From NCBI GenBank assembly GCA_964252035.1, contig OZ176204.1: a DNA stretch of 64,000 nt. One strand, written 5' to 3'. This DNA comes from Podarcis erhardii. Its lineage: Eukaryota. Below, piece after piece: positions 35,631 to 49,494 of this stretch. The position numbers and the translations under genes are program-made. Under the pieces are notes generated by a model, which was not told the DNA's origin, ran no database searches, and saw only the letters and a program-made list of their open reading frames with translations. Each line of letters begins with the position of its first letter. Positions within the stretch are counted from its first letter, which is position 1.

Positions 35631-38600
35631 TCAACTGCATGAAACCTCCTGTGCTTCATCTTAAGGCTGTTGCCAACAGTTGGCTTTGAACCTTTCCGTC
35701 ATGTCCAGCTTCCTCTCTCCTCTCTAAGTATAATTGCTTAGCACCTAGCATGAAGAAAAGTCCAGCAGAAGTCATGAGAAACTCACTCATTACTTTGTGA
35801 CATTTCAGTTGCTCCTAGTAAAGACTTTACCCTGCCAGGGTAATTACCAGATTTATGTGTAGTTAATACTTTCATGAAGTATCATTATTGGAGTGCACCA
35901 TTCTCCCATCGTTACTGCTTTTTACAGCTGGTCTTCAATGCTAATTCTCAAGGTAAATGTGTGGATATGGGTGATTAGCTTGATCTTGGCTAGAAAACGG
36001 AGCAATTTCAAGTCTGAATAAAGTTGTATGAGTTGGTGTGATTGATAGAGCCGCTTTGCTGATCTGACAATCCTGGTAAGAAGTCCCTGAAAATGTGGAG
36101 TACCTGTGGCTCTGCAGTTGTGTGAGTCCAACTCTAGCTGGGAAGCTACATGCTCAAGGATGAAAATTGTAATCCATTGACATCTGGGAAGCCATAGGTT
36201 CCCTATCCCTGGTTTAGACAGAAAATCAATTTAATTTCCCTTGCCCCCACCTGCAGTTGGCAGCTTTTATAAACATTTATGAGGCATATGGAACACAGCG
36301 ATCACATAAGTTTGGCACATATCTATGTGTAATAAACAATATTTGTATCCCAGCAACAAGAACACACAGGTATTAAACAAGAGTGGAGTTTACTACCCAT
36401 CTATTCAATCTCATTAATGCGAATGTTATAAAGAGAGAAAGAAAGGAATAGGAAATATTTGCTTTATGTTTTAGTTCTTATTCTATTGCTCCTGCTGAGC
36501 CTGTATGGTGGGTGTGCTAGCAGGCAGACTTAAGGCATGTGTACTGTTGCACTGCCAAATGCCACAACAACACAGGGAGCCGTGTTTCTTTAGTTTCCCA
36601 TTTTATCCCACTTGCGTTCTGTGCAGAGTTTTAAAAACTCAAGTCAATATAGTTTGGTGTCAACAGTTTTTAACAGTCTTTTTTTAAAAAAAACGAAGGA
36701 GATATATATGGGTTCATGGATAATGCCCAAATAATGCAATCATTCCAGTTCTCCAAAGAACACTGTGTACTCCTGAGACCCCAGTGAGGGTCACCGAAAT
36801 TAAATGGAAGACTTAATAAGAAATTAGGGGCAACCAAGGCCTGGGAGCACAGCTGTGTCTCGCCAATAGCTCTTGGGAAGCTGCCACACTTATATAACTA
36901 CCAGGGCAAGCCAAATTTATGGCTTTAATACTTCTAAGCATCTTTGTGTAAGTGGGCACAAATGCTGCTATCAACTCATTACTAGGAGAGCCAGTTGTCC
37001 ATAGGGTTGCAGGTTTTATACAAAGTTGTGTGCACAGCCCTAAATATCCTTAAGCTTAACTTACATTTTACTTATAAAATATTATACTACAATAATGACA
37101 TTTTAAGAAAGCTATTATTCTCTCGCCAGGGTTATTAAGCATCTATTACTTTACTAGTTTAATCATTATAACTGTATTCTGAAGCTGGTAAACTTTAGGG
37201 AAGGAAGTTTTATTGAATGTGAGCTGTTGTGTTTTATTCTGCCTATATTTGCTCCCCTCCCCACCATCTTTTTAATTGTTTTCATTTGTTTGGTTTATAT
37301 TTTCAGTTATTTTGTTAAATTGTTGTGTTTACTGTTATTCTTACCAATGTTGGGTTTTTTGTTAAACTGTAAGTGTCCACATCCTTAAATAAATAATAAA
37401 GTTACAAAGTGTATCCTTGGTTAATGCCAGGGCTACAGAACAGGAGCAGGCGATATAGGATATATGCAGTCTAGAATGTGGGTTGAATATTGTGGTGCTG
37501 GAAATTCTGTGTATGTTTTGGGAAGAGAGGGGAGTAAAGAGGCAAGAAGAAAGAACATGAAATGAGAGAAGCAGGAGGTGGCAGCAAGTATTAGGACTTG
37601 TCTAGTGCTAGGGTAACAGCAAGACAGATGGCCAGAAACTGGCATCATCAGGGAAATTGCATTTCCAATGTGTCATTTGGGTCTAATGGTAAAAATCAAG
37701 CAACAGGTTATCTGTGTGCAACCCATGATGCACCGTGATGAGGGCACTGTGATAATGACGCTGATGAGAAAAAGAAAAGCAAGGGAGTGGGGAGAGAAAA
37801 CATTTTAATGGCAATGCTGGTTTTTTAAAAAACCAATACAAAACTGGCCTAAAATTCCCTGTGTACCGTGATTAGTATTACCTACCGGTGATTTGAACAG
37901 AAAACAAGGAAATTGTTTGAGAAGTGTCTCCTGCTTTTATCTGAACCAGTTTAGAAATTGTCAGAAGAAAGTAAACTGTGGAAGAAGTTGTCAAGAACGA
38001 CTAAAGGGGGTACATGACAGAAATCCATCGATGTGCAGAAAGGGAATAATTCAATGCTAACTTTGGAGCGGCAAATGCAGCTATAATGAAATGGCTTTTT
38101 TATGCTCCAAATGACCATCTCCAATGCATTCCTAGGTGGAAGCTTTAATAATATTCCAGTTCACCAAAGACTGTGGACTGATCCACACTGTACCTAAAAA
38201 CACATGCACACTTTACTCAATAAACCTGGTAACTCTAATTTGTTAACAGTGTTGATATTTGTAGCTCTGGGAGTGGGAAACTATAGGTCCCCAGATTCTT
38301 TCGAGGAAGTCATGTGCTTTAAATCTATGGTGGGTGTGCTTGGTGTGGATCTGCCCTCTGTGTTTGTGAGTCCAGCAAAATGAAGGATGTCTCCCTTTAA
38401 CTGTTGAGCACCACACAAATGACCTACTTGTATCCTTCAGTCTCCAGATCCATCCTGGACCAGATATGTACCTTGCTTGTAGGCAAAGATGGATTTGTTA
38501 CTATCCAAGTAGCAAAATTTTCTCTAGAAGCCAAGCAGCTATGAGTCAGGTTTTTAAAAAACTTAAGGGAGTGGGAGATGCTTCTGGATTAGTGTATTTT

Positions 38601-38774
38601 TAACCTCTTTATAGCTTATTGGAGAGGCTTGTGCGAATTATGCTGTATTTCTGTATTATATTTCAGTTTTCTGTTGTGTATATATATTTGTAAGTTGAAT
38701 ATGTCAAAATGACTTTTGCTTGTAGTATTTGTACTGTGGTGGCCTATGGATATAAACAATAATGTTTCATTGTC

Positions 38775-39275
38775 ATTGTTATTATTTATTAGATTTTTTA
38801 CCCACCCTTCATCATGAGGTGTCAGGGTGGGTTACAACAATTCAATATATAACAGATTACATAAAAAAAATGGCTAATAAAAACAAGATCAAATAAAATA
38901 TAGGGACCAGAAATAAGATAAATTGAAAGCTTGGCAGAATAAAATAAGTAAAGACCATAAGAGAAGGTGAAGGAATTCCCAGGAGAGGGAATTCCAGAAG
39001 TGAAGGGCTGCCACAGAAAAGGCCCTGTCCTTGGTACCTGCTAACCTAATTGACCTTACTGGCAGGCCAGACAGCAAGTCCTTTGGTGCTGATCTTATGG
39101 CCCAGACATGTGCATATAGGCACTCCTCCAACCTGGTTGCAAACCATTCACTAGCACTTTAAATTGAGCCCAGAAATGAATGCGTAACAAATGCATCTGC
39201 AGCAAAATTGACTTGATGTAATCTAACCACTTAACTACTACAAGAATTCTGTCGGTTGAATTTCCTGCACCAGCC
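38775..39275 (-). mobile_element. Degenerate L2 LINE 3' fragment
   Basis: Minus strand encodes LVQ..DYIKSILLQMHLLRIHFWAQFKVLV and RLAGTKDRAFSVAALHFWNSL. The 3' terminal motif and AT-rich tail lie at 38775-38840. Confidence 0.85.
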
Positions 39276-42200
39276 CTGAGAAATTTTGATCCCATAGCTA
39301 GGGCTTAACCACTGCTTCCTTTAGGGTGACAGGAACCAACTTTCCTCTGGAGAAGGACTAATAACCACAGAATGATAACAAGGATATTTTTAGAGGTCAG
39401 TCTTCCCTGGGCAACATGGCAGCATGTGTGCATGTGAAATGTTGTGATGACATTGGGGGTAGGGCCTGCATGCACACCTCTCTCTGCCATCCAGACTTCC
39501 AGCATTCATGAATTTAAGCAAACTCCTGAACATGCCTTATGTCTCAATGGAAGATGACCAACAATCTGCCGACTAGATGCTATTTGCACTGAATTACATA
39601 GGTTAATTCCCCCTGCCCATCTTGCAGAGATGTGCTTCCTTTTACATTGCTCCTTCAGCACTTTAGTTATTGTAGCTGAGCTTTCTTTCAGAAAGGTCAG
39701 TCAACTTGGTGTAGGAACTGCATATGAGAAGCTACTTCTGTGCTGCCTTGGGCCAGGTTGACCCCTAAAAGGACCTTTTTAGCCATATAGCATAAATTAG
39801 ACAAGGTGAAGAGTTTTGATTTCTTCTACAGTCAGCTTCAAGTGTTTAGGTCCAAACTAGTGCCATGAATTTTAAACAAACCTCCCCCCCATTCCAACTT
39901 GGCACTGTTCTAAGCTGTTACACAGCCTTGGGAGGATACACAGCTTAACATTTAATTTCCAATATCTAACCCACATGTTTTATCATCGCATTGTCAACAA
40001 AAAATCCAGGGTAAGGGAATTATGGAGCCCTTAATCTCCAAAATTCATGCATCTACCCTTATGCAATTCAAGTTTCATCAGGTGGGAGAACAAGACTGTG
40101 CTCGCCAACCCCAACCAGTGTGATTTAAGAATCCTGAGCAATTGGGGTTATAAATCATAGGGGAAACTGAGTGGGCCTGATTCCATGCTTCAGACATTCA
40201 GCCCTCTAATATATGAAAGGTAATGCAGCTGGTGACAGGGGACACAATAGAAGGTGAGGAGCAAGCAAGAACAATTACGTGTGCCCCCCCCCAACCTATG
40301 CATGAATAGGGCTTGTACACTGTGCCACTCAATTCCAATTAGATCAACTCTCAAATGAATAAACCTAAAAGCTATCACTTATTCATTCTTTCTTTCCTGT
40401 TTGACATCAGTAAGGATCAGTGCTGCATACAGAACAAATCTATTTCTCTGAAACATCTTTTCTCTGAAGGCCTATTGATTTTGATGAAGGAAGATTTCAC
40501 CTCAACATGTTTAAAACTGCAGCCTTTTTTTAATTTCCATTTTGTAATTCAGTTATATTATCCTTTGCATATGAAAAGTGCCTTTTGGTAGAGTAGCCAC
40601 AGGGGTCCAGGAATGGGAGAAAGAGTTAGGGAGTGAATTAACTTGCTCATTATCTGGTGATGCATAGATATTAGCATTGCAGCCAGAACTGATAAGAGAG
40701 GCCACACGAACCCTACCGATCTTATGGACTACAGATACCATACTTGCCACAGCCCTGGAAAAACCTGGGCATCCTGCTTTTTTCCGCATGGGCACAGTGG
40801 CCATTTTGGGTGTCTTGCTCTCGCGCAATTCCGAGTCTGCAATCTCACCCCGAAAACAGCACTTTTTCGGGTCCGAAATCTCACACAGTGCCCCAGAATG
40901 TGTGGTTTTGGGTGCTGTGTCCGAACAAGTTCATTTTCCAGGTCCACAATCTCATGACTCATGCAGAAGTGTGGAACCAGAACATGGTACCCCAAATTTG
41001 GGCCATGCTGAGTTGAAGGATATGGAATCTTATCACCACCTGGAAGTGATGGGAATTGTAGTCTATGGCATTTAGTTACCACCCTGAAGTAGGCAATTCT
41101 AGTAATTCTCCCAGATTTGTGTGCCTGTACCTAAGCTTCAGCTTCCTCAAATCTGTTTTACAATCCAAAGGAAATGCTTTTGCAACAGCAGCAGAAGAAG
41201 TTGAAGGTGGGGTGTAAAAGTTTAATTAACAGGTCTCCAGATTTCTCAGTACAACTGGTATCAACAGGCATGGTAAAGCACATGAAAAGCAGCAGAAGAG
41301 AAAGATAATGAAGGTAGAAATGTGATATGCATGTGGAAAGCATAATTTATAACGAGTGAAGAAAAATATCAGTAAGGTTGCTTGGATATGTGTAAAGAAT
41401 ACAAGAATGAATACCTTAGTACTATAGCAGACTTTGTAAGATTACCTGTGTGCCTGAATCTCACAATGAGCTTTAATTAGACAGTATTTAATTGCTTGGG
41501 GAGAGGGGGAAAAAGAACGAAGACTCCGGGGGAGGGTGGAAGGGAGTTCCCCTAGCTGTAAAACTACCTCACTGCTCGCTGTAATGGGTTGGGGTTTTTT
41601 TTTTAAAAAAAAAGATCACAAGAAAGTCAAACAAGAGTCATGTTCTGTGGATTTCATCCACAAGAAAATAGGGATTTTGATTTTATCTCACTTAGAATTC
41701 TCAGTTCATCTGCAAGCTGATAATATGAAATAGCTCTTTGGCTAGCCTTTCATGCAGAATGAAAGGAACTGAATTAAAAAGAAACAAAAAAGAGAACAAT
41801 GAAAGAGAGAAAACTGAAAACTGGAGTTCTAGTTCTCACCTCATGCCTATCAGACACTAATGACACATACTTACCAAGCACCAATCATCCTGAAAAATTG
41901 CATAAATGATGTACAAAAGTGAAAAGCATTTCAACCAAATTGCAGCTTCTGCAGTGGGTGTGGGGCTGGTATTCTCTGGGGAAAAAAGAATATGATATAA
42001 CATCCTATATGTCAGAAAATAACGTTTTAGCTATAGCGCGCCAAGTCTTGAATTTATACAAGTTTCCCTGAAACCAAGACTCTTGTATCTGTACCTGCAG
42101 GAGGAGCCACTGCTCCCATCCCCTGCGGAAAAAAGAAAATAACCCTCCCCAGCCCACCAACTTCCCACTCCTATATGCCCCACTGTCTTTCTCACCCTGC

Positions 42201-43276
42201 TAAATGAGTCAAACCACTGGACAGCCTCATACGTATGGGAGACCTTCACAAAAGCTTTCCACATTCCCGCTACGGATGGATTTCAGAAGACCATTTATTA
42301 CAGCCAAACTGTTTTCTTCCTCTTCCTCAGAATGTTGGATCAGATGCACAGCAAGCACCAATGTCCCAGCATGAAAAACAGAGATAACGTTTATCTTTAG
42401 GACCTAAATATTTATTGACATATAGGGAGCATGGGTGTCTAGGCAATGGAATAAGAAGCTATGCAAAGGATCAAGGAGCAGGCCGGATGGAATAAGTGCA
42501 AATCCACCTTCAATGTTTCTGAGGGCTCAAAAGATTACCAAAATGTTTTGTTTATCATAATATCTTAATCCTACAAAAAGACACTGCTGCCTATTTACCG
42601 GATTAAGGTCCAATGTGTTGTTAACTCCATTAAGCTGTGTCCTCTAGCAGTATTTTCTTGCCTCAAACTTTTTTGCCTGGCTTTAGATTGATCCTTCACA
42701 AACAACGGGCCTGCTAATGTAGTGGTGCTAGGTCTAGTCACCGGAAATGGATCATGGAAACCTGTAAATAATGAATTAACATGACTCATTCAGAATAATA
42801 ATAAAAATATACCAGATTGTTTTTCCTCTGGTTTAAAGTTCTCTGGATGGCCTTTTTATTTTAAAGTGAACAAATATCACTGGAGGCTGTGTGAAAGTCA
42901 CAGGATAATAGGAATCTGACCTTCATTGCTTGGAATCCTGTCATCCTATGGGGTAAGCATTTTCTTCCCATCACATATATTGCGTTCCAATCTCATTCTC
43001 GGAAGTGTTTGCTGAAAATTAGTGATGAATGCAATATGTTGTTGGATTTTGATTTCATTGTTTACTGGCAGCTTCATGCCCAGAATAACTTGAGACTTCT
43101 AAGGAACCAAAACAAATTGGGCAATTTTGATAGGTTCAGTCCACCATCTTGATGCAAAATTGTATCCAACTATAGATTAAAACTTGTTCCTTCATCTCAG
43201 GAGCCACCATGCAAAATTTGGTTACAACATCTGAAGAGGAGTCCAAATGTGAGCAAACAACTTTCCAAATTATATA

Positions 43277-43499
43277 CAGTGGACGCTCGGGTTGTGAACG
43301 TGATCTGTGAGGGATGCATGTTCGCAACCCGCAGTGTTCGCAACCTGCAGTGGTGCATCTGCGCACGTGCGGGTTGTGATTCGGTGCTTCTGCGCATGCG
43401 CAAATCCCGGAAGTAACCCGTTCCAGTACTTCTGGGTTTTGGCGGGTCCATAACCTGAAAAAATGCAACCTGAAGTGTCTGGAACCCGAGGTATGACTG
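43277..43499. mobile_element. Tigger-like MITE, 223 bp
   Basis: TIR CAGTGGACGCTCGGGTT versus CAGTCATACCTCGGGTT. TA flanks on both sides. Repeated (g/t)aacc(c/t)g motifs. Confidence 0.85.
43391..43414. promoter_or_regulatory. Adjacent NRF1-type palindrome and ETS/GABPA-type motif inside the MITE
   Basis: TGCGCATGCGCA at 43391-43402 and CCGGAAGT at 43407-43414 are exact consensus matches. Function untested. Confidence 0.35.
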
Positions 43500-45756
43500 T
43501 AGTAGATTTTCCAGGCTTCAAGAACTGGATTTTGACATGAATACCAACTATATTTTCAAAGTTTTACCCAATTTTAAAGTTTTGTCCATCAATGCAATCA
43601 TTACTCAGTTTTTCACATGACTGAAACAGGCTTTATGTTTTCAAAATATCTGCTCACAGGTCCCAAACAGGCTTGCCTGATGTGGTGGAGCTGCAGCAAT
43701 AGCCTACTGGGGGGAGGGAGGTGGAGGTTGTGGCAAGGTTGGCACAGCATGGGGGGGTCACTGGATGGGGGACGCGGAATTGGCTCTGGCTCCCACTGGG
43801 AAAGCCACTCCTGGTGCCATGTATCCTAGATTGTGTAGCCTGTTACATAAGAGAATGGCATGTACTTTGCTATAGGCCACAGTGCATCACTGTCTTCCTT
43901 AATGCTTTGTCAGGAGTTGAGTGTCCTTGTCCACTTCTAGCTTGTACCTGGCATCGCTGGATGGTTTTGACAATGCATGGGGTGGTATGGCAAAGGGTCA
44001 AAATATTGCAAGGAATGAATGAGCGAGACAATGTAAAATGTGGTTGATGTAAGTATGACAATAGTGGATATTTGCTTAAAGGTTAAGTTGTGGAAGCTTT
44101 GTTGAAAGTATTGCAGATTTCTGCATGAATGACAGAGTTTTGGGGTAATATTGATCACTACCAAATTATGCTGTTCATTCTGCATGATGGGCTTTGCTCA
44201 TCCTGATGGAGTCTAGCTAAAATCCACCCCCTTCTAATTTGCTCATCTCTTGTGGCTATTTCACGCATGTTCTTCTCAGCACCTATGGTTCTAACACAAA
44301 AAAGACAGCCCTCTTGCTATAATCTGGATTGTTAGTCACCATTATTTCCACAGTCTGCCCATTGTCCATTTGACACAGAGCCCCAAGCTTCATTAAAGGG
44401 TCAATCAATGCTGCAAAAACAGCTTATCCCAACTCAGTTATCTTCAGTATCTCCCAGCCATTTGTCTAAATGTCATTTGACTCCACCATGGGTCAAAATA
44501 TCCATATTCCAGAAAAGTATATTCACATGGAACAGTAAAAACTTCTTGTCTAGCATTTTCAAATGCTTTCGTATGGTTCGAAAAACCAAATTATTTGCTG
44601 TCAGCATTGTGAAGGCTCCCCATCTACCTTAGACCAAGCAAGGTGAATTAGCTGTTCTTCACTTCCACCAATAGGTGGAGCTGTAAATTTTATCAATGAG
44701 CAGTAGTAATAAAGAAAAAGTGCCTGCCCTTTTCTTATTCTATATTTCAGGCTGCACCCATCTAACAAAAACAGATAATGCATTAACAATATTCTTGCCC
44801 ATTTTCCCAATCTTTGTGAAAATATATTTCTTGAACTGTCGTCTCCTGTTGGCTTGCAGAAATATAGGAGGCTGTTTCTATGTTAATGCCCCTTTTATGA
44901 CCCAAAATATCATTTAATAAATGCCTTTTACAGAACCTGCAGGAACTGGTCTGCATTTCATTTTTGACAGGGTAGATGGTAAAAGTGAGGGAATTTATGT
45001 CCTGCTGTGTAAAGCATCTCTTCTGAACCTTTCAAAAAATGAAACATTTCATTGCAAGAGTGTTTGAGCCAGGAAGTCTCTTTTTTCTTTTTTAAGGTGA
45101 ATCGACCCATATTGGACATAGAATGGTGACATAGATTGATTTCCTGCTTTCCATTTTCAAACCTCATTTTGGACTCAACAAAGGTTTATGAATAATTTCT
45201 TGTATTTCTAGCTCTCTCATTCTACCTCCCTCTTTAGTTGTTGTGCATCAGTGTTTCTTCCTAATTCCTGACAGACTAGCGTTGGGTGTAAATTTGCTAC
45301 TATATCCAGTCATCCAACACTTAACACGTATTTAATTCAAATCACCTTTCCTTAATATACATAATGGCAACCTTATTTACTTTTCTGATTGCTCTTTCAG
45401 AGACGTGCCCCATTTCCAAGGTGGAATCTAGACATATACATATAAAAAAAACACTGTGAAAATGCTTTTTAAAAAAAACATTTTAAAAATATATTGAATT
45501 TGCCATAAGCTCACCATTCCCATCTAGTGTCATATCTTTAGAATGCACTTAAAATGCACTTAACATTATATTTGCAGCTGTGCAGCTGAGTCCCAAAATT
45601 TCTAAATGATAAGTTTAAATGTATTGATTTTTAAAAATAGGATTTGTGAAAGAGGGATTAGTTGTAAGACAAGGTGTCATTGAGCAGAGACTTTTGAGAG
45701 AAATGGGCACAAAATACACCCCCATAAAATAATATCCCTTTTAAATTTAGTTCCAT

Positions 45757-46836
45757 CATCATCATTTTATGAATCAGCTTTCACATAAGTCTCAGGTTGA
45801 TTTACATGCATGCAGAAAAATAGGCTAAAAAGCAGTGCTGTTGAATATGGGTTTTAAATCAATACAAATAAGCAGTGGCGTAGCGTGGGGGGTGCCAGGG
45901 GTGCCGGCCGCACCAGGCGCAACTTGGGCGGGGGGCGCACTCGCACTAGCAGCTTTCTGCCCCTACTAAAATCCACGGGTTAGAGAGCCCGCGCTCGCTC
46001 AGCTTGGCGAGGAGGTCGCAGAAGGGGGAGAGCAAAGCCGAGCGAGTGTGGGCAAAAAAAGGAGAGGAAGCCGGGCGGGCGGGTGGGCTGGCTGGCTGGC
46101 GGGGGTCTGGCTGCGCCTGCTGCTGCCGTTGCCGCTGCTGCCGGGCTTTGACAGCTTGGCGAAGCGGAGGGAGAGGAACGTTATGGTAATTGCGGCTCTC
46201 TCTCCACTGGCTGCCTGGGTAGTGAGCCGAGCCGAGCAGGGAGTCTGGCGAGGGGGCGGGAAGAGACTTTCCCCCCTTTTTTCCACCTCGCCTGGTCAAA
46301 AAGGAGAGCGGAGTCTCCTCAGGGCGCCCTCAGGCAGGGCAGGGCAAGGCAAGCAGAGCGAGGAGGAGAGAGAGGGGAGGGGGGGGAAGCAGCCAGGAAA
46401 CGCCACGGTGTGGAGGGGGAATCAATTAAGGAGAGAAAGCGAAAAGCCTTGGAGAAAGGGAAAAAAGGAAAGAAAAGAGGCAGCTCTGGGAGAGCGCGGC
46501 GGAAAGAGAAGCCTCGCTGCTGCTGCTTGGGAGAGTAAATTACTGTACTTGCCTTGCCCCGGGTTAGGGGGCGCAAATTACTTGCCTTGCCCCGGGTTAG
46601 GGGGCGCTGATAACCCACGCTACGCCGCTGCAAATAAGCACCTCAAAATTTGAAACAGTTGGAAAAGTTTGCTGGAAGAAAAATGTATTCAATTGCTTCT
46701 GGAAACTACCAATAGCTGGGGCCTGTTGTATCTTCTCAACAGGGATGCTATTCCACAGAACAGGGGCAGCCACTGAAAATTTTGCTCTGAGTTGTTGTGG
46801 AATGGGTCTGTGATATTTTAGGGGCTTACGGGCCAC
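45757..46836 (-). mobile_element. Degenerate L2 3' fragment interrupted by the hAT element
   Basis: 46631-46836 minus encodes RAKFSVAAPVLWNSIPVEKIQQAPAIGSFQKQLNTFFFQQTF. 45757-45812 reverse-complements to an L2-type end (tgtaaatcaacctgag..tgaaagctgattcataaaa(tga)n). Confidence 0.65.
45873..46630. mobile_element. Non-autonomous hAT element (Tip100-like termini), 758 bp, with GC/CpG-rich internal cargo
   Basis: TIR CAG(T/C)GGCGTAGCGTGGG at both ends. Perfect 8-bp TSD CAAATAAG at 45865-45872 and 46631-46638. A 33-bp subterminal tandem duplication starts at 46546 and 46579. Confidence 0.93.
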
Positions 46837-47530
46837 AACTCTCCCACATACCCCAGTGACCTACTGAGTATGGGAGTGGCAAGGCAGTCTTCAGTTTGCT
46901 ATTTGCAAAAGTCAGCGGAAGATGGAAGATGAGAAATTGTCTCTCGTTCTCCTCAGAAGACATTTCTCTATGCATTCAGTGAACACAAGGGGGTCAGGAG
47001 AGCAGGATGGTGACCAGTAGCCATGCTGCCTCCATGTCAATGTATTTTCCAGCCATGACTCAGGTAGGCTGTATCTGAAAAGAACCCTACATATGTACAG
47101 ATATATATGGTCATTACTCTGATCAAATGTATGTACAGATATGCAAGCCAAGCTACTTCTCATTGGTTGTAGGGAATTGCTGCTGGCAGGACAATTCTTA
47201 GCTAGAGTATGAAGGAGACAACTTAGATTTCCAAAATAAGCACTGTAGAAGCTTGCAGATGGCAAAGGCAGAAAGTCCTCTGCAGAGATAATGACTACAG
47301 TTCAGACTGGAAACACTTTTCTTTTTCTCATAATGGTGTTCTTCAGAAAGTCAGCATCAATCTTTGGTGTATTCTGTGAAGAAGTCTGACAAAATACTTG
47401 GTTTGAATTCATATATTGTCCAATCCCCATTGAGGGCCATGAAATAAAACTTACAGCTGGTTTACATCTGCATATTCAGGTAGCTGCAAGTTCTTTAAAA
47501 TGTTGACTACAGCATGAGTTCATGACTTTC

Positions 47531-47536
<6 letters not shown>

Positions 47537-47582
<46 letters not shown>

Positions 47583-47710
47583 TATTTATACCCCACTTAT
47601 CTGGCTGAGTTTCCCCAGCCACTCTGGGTGGCTTCCAACTGAATATTAAAAACACAATACAGCATTAAACACATCCCTAAACAGGGCTGCATTCAGATGT
47701 CATTTAAAAG
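47537..47710 (-). mobile_element. L2-type LINE 3' end with (TTA)n tail
   Basis: (AAT)n followed by tttataccccacttatctggctgagtttccccagccactctgggtggcttcc..cagggctgcattcagatgtc, which is the reverse complement of the 20610-20783 family. Confidence 0.8.
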
Positions 47711-47759
47711 TAAGAACCATCACAATTCAGGCACCACTGGCAAAACTATTGATTGTATT

Positions 47760-47796
47760 TTATTTAGTTTGCTTGTTTTAAACACTTTATTGAAAT

Positions 47797-47827
<31 letters not shown>

Positions 47828-48340
47828 ATGTCACTATCAGTATCTCTAACTTAGTTAATTTATACATCATTAACTAATACCATATACAGGGTGCATGCTT
47901 TCAGATTGTTTTGTTTTATATTTATATACATTGTCAAGCTCTCCATTTTGGCTGTGCTCCATCTTTTATTATGTCTTTCTACTTTAGAAGGTTTATCATT
48001 CTTCCATTCGTTCAACTTCACAGCAGCTAATTTTCTTGCTGTTAATGATAACTTATTAATAAACATTTGATTCAGCATATGCAAGTGATCACAAGGAGTG
48101 GCATACATGTCAGGGTGAAATGCCCTTTTCACATGCCTTATTTATTCTCCCTGATTTCAACAGGCCTTACAGCTAATCTCTTGTTGCTGTAATGCTCCAC
48201 AAACGTACAAGAAGTGGCAGTGCCAAATGCCCTTTTCCATATCTTGTTTCTTTGTACCTCTGTTGTTCCTGCCTCCATTTTAGGACTTTCAATTCCTGCC
48301 AAGGTCAACATACTGAGCTGCATTCTGCATTTCAAATACT
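47760..48340 (-). mobile_element. Old degenerate L1 3' fragment
   Basis: Minus ORFs 47860-48132 and 48138-48335 give IWKRAFGTATSCTFVEHYSNK, CDHLHM and TARKLAAVKLNEWKNDKP, loosely parallel to the ORF2 C-terminus at 30568-31173. (TG)n in the tail at 47797-47823. Confidence 0.5.
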
Positions 48341-49494
48341 TTTTATTTCTTTTATTCCATGAGCTATCTTGGCAGATCTGTGCCTCTGCTCATGCCGATG
48401 CCAGCAGAGACAACTCTTCCCTTGCCATTTAGAGATCCTACGATAAATTAGCAATTTAGCATGCTTAGCAAACCTCTTTCACTTTTCTGGGCACCTCAAA
48501 CCAATGTAACTTTTTGATCTTCTCTTTGGGAATAGGCTAGAATCTAAACTCATGCTTTCTGGTGCAACAGAAAAGTGGATATCTCATAACTATCATTGTC
48601 TGCCATGGTGTTCCTCTGTTATGTTCTTGTATTGAGACCACCAGGGGGGGCTGCTTCCTCAGCACATATTCCAGGACCCGTCCTCTTACCTATTCCAAAC
48701 TTACTCATTCAAGTAGCCTGATCACTTTAGCTCATTCAAAACACTGGACCCAAGCGGGAATGAACAGCAGCCACTCAAATCCTTTGCTTACACGAATCCT
48801 TAAAATATACACAAATATGGAAGTTCACTCCTTGGAGCTTAATTGTACTTTCACATACCACAAGGTTAAAAACTGGCCCAGTCGTGACATCTCTTTGTAA
48901 AAGTGGTACAGATTTAAACACTCATGTTCCTGAAGTGTATAGAGATAGTGAGTGTCTTGTTGTGTTAAAGTTTTCCTTATGTGTCCTAAACTGCTTGTTG
49001 CATAATTCTATGCTCCTTTAAAAAAATTTTTAAAAAATAAAGGAGTGTTATCTAGGGATTGGGGGGGGGAAATAAATTTGGTGTACATTCTAAGGCAAGC
49101 CCACCTAATTCACACTTTCTGAAACAATACAAGCACTGAAACACAGTCATCCTTTATTTTTGAATTTTGTAATGCGGTGCTCGAACCATGTAATGTGAGC
49201 AAAAATTCATAGTGTGCATAAAAATGCATGCGTTTGTAAAAATAGCACACAAAATTGCATTGTGTTAGGGGAGTTTGTTCTGCAATGGCGATGTTAGGTA
49301 GAATTCATGTGCATGTTAGGTAAAATTGCTTATAAGCATGCAGATTTTAGAGTTTCATGAGGATTAAGTAATTTTTTATTTTTAAGAGAAAGATTGGGGG
49401 AAGTGTGAAATGAAGAGAACCCATGTAGTCAAACTACAGAACTCACTCCCACAGCAAGCAGTGCAATTTGGATGGTTTTGAAAGAGGATTAGGC

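Noticed and set aside
37720-37770. C/D-box-like motifs (GTGATGA..CTGA)
   Set aside because: The boxes are only ~30 nt apart with no terminal stem, too short for a snoRNA.
40588-41087. Possible degenerate DNA transposon with several overlapping ORFs
   Set aside because: Termini are poorly matched, there is no TSD, and the ORFs lack known motifs.
46048-46653. 201-aa ORF with a signal-peptide-like stretch
   Set aside because: It lies within the GC-rich hAT cargo, runs through the TIR and has low-complexity composition, so it is expected by chance at this GC content.
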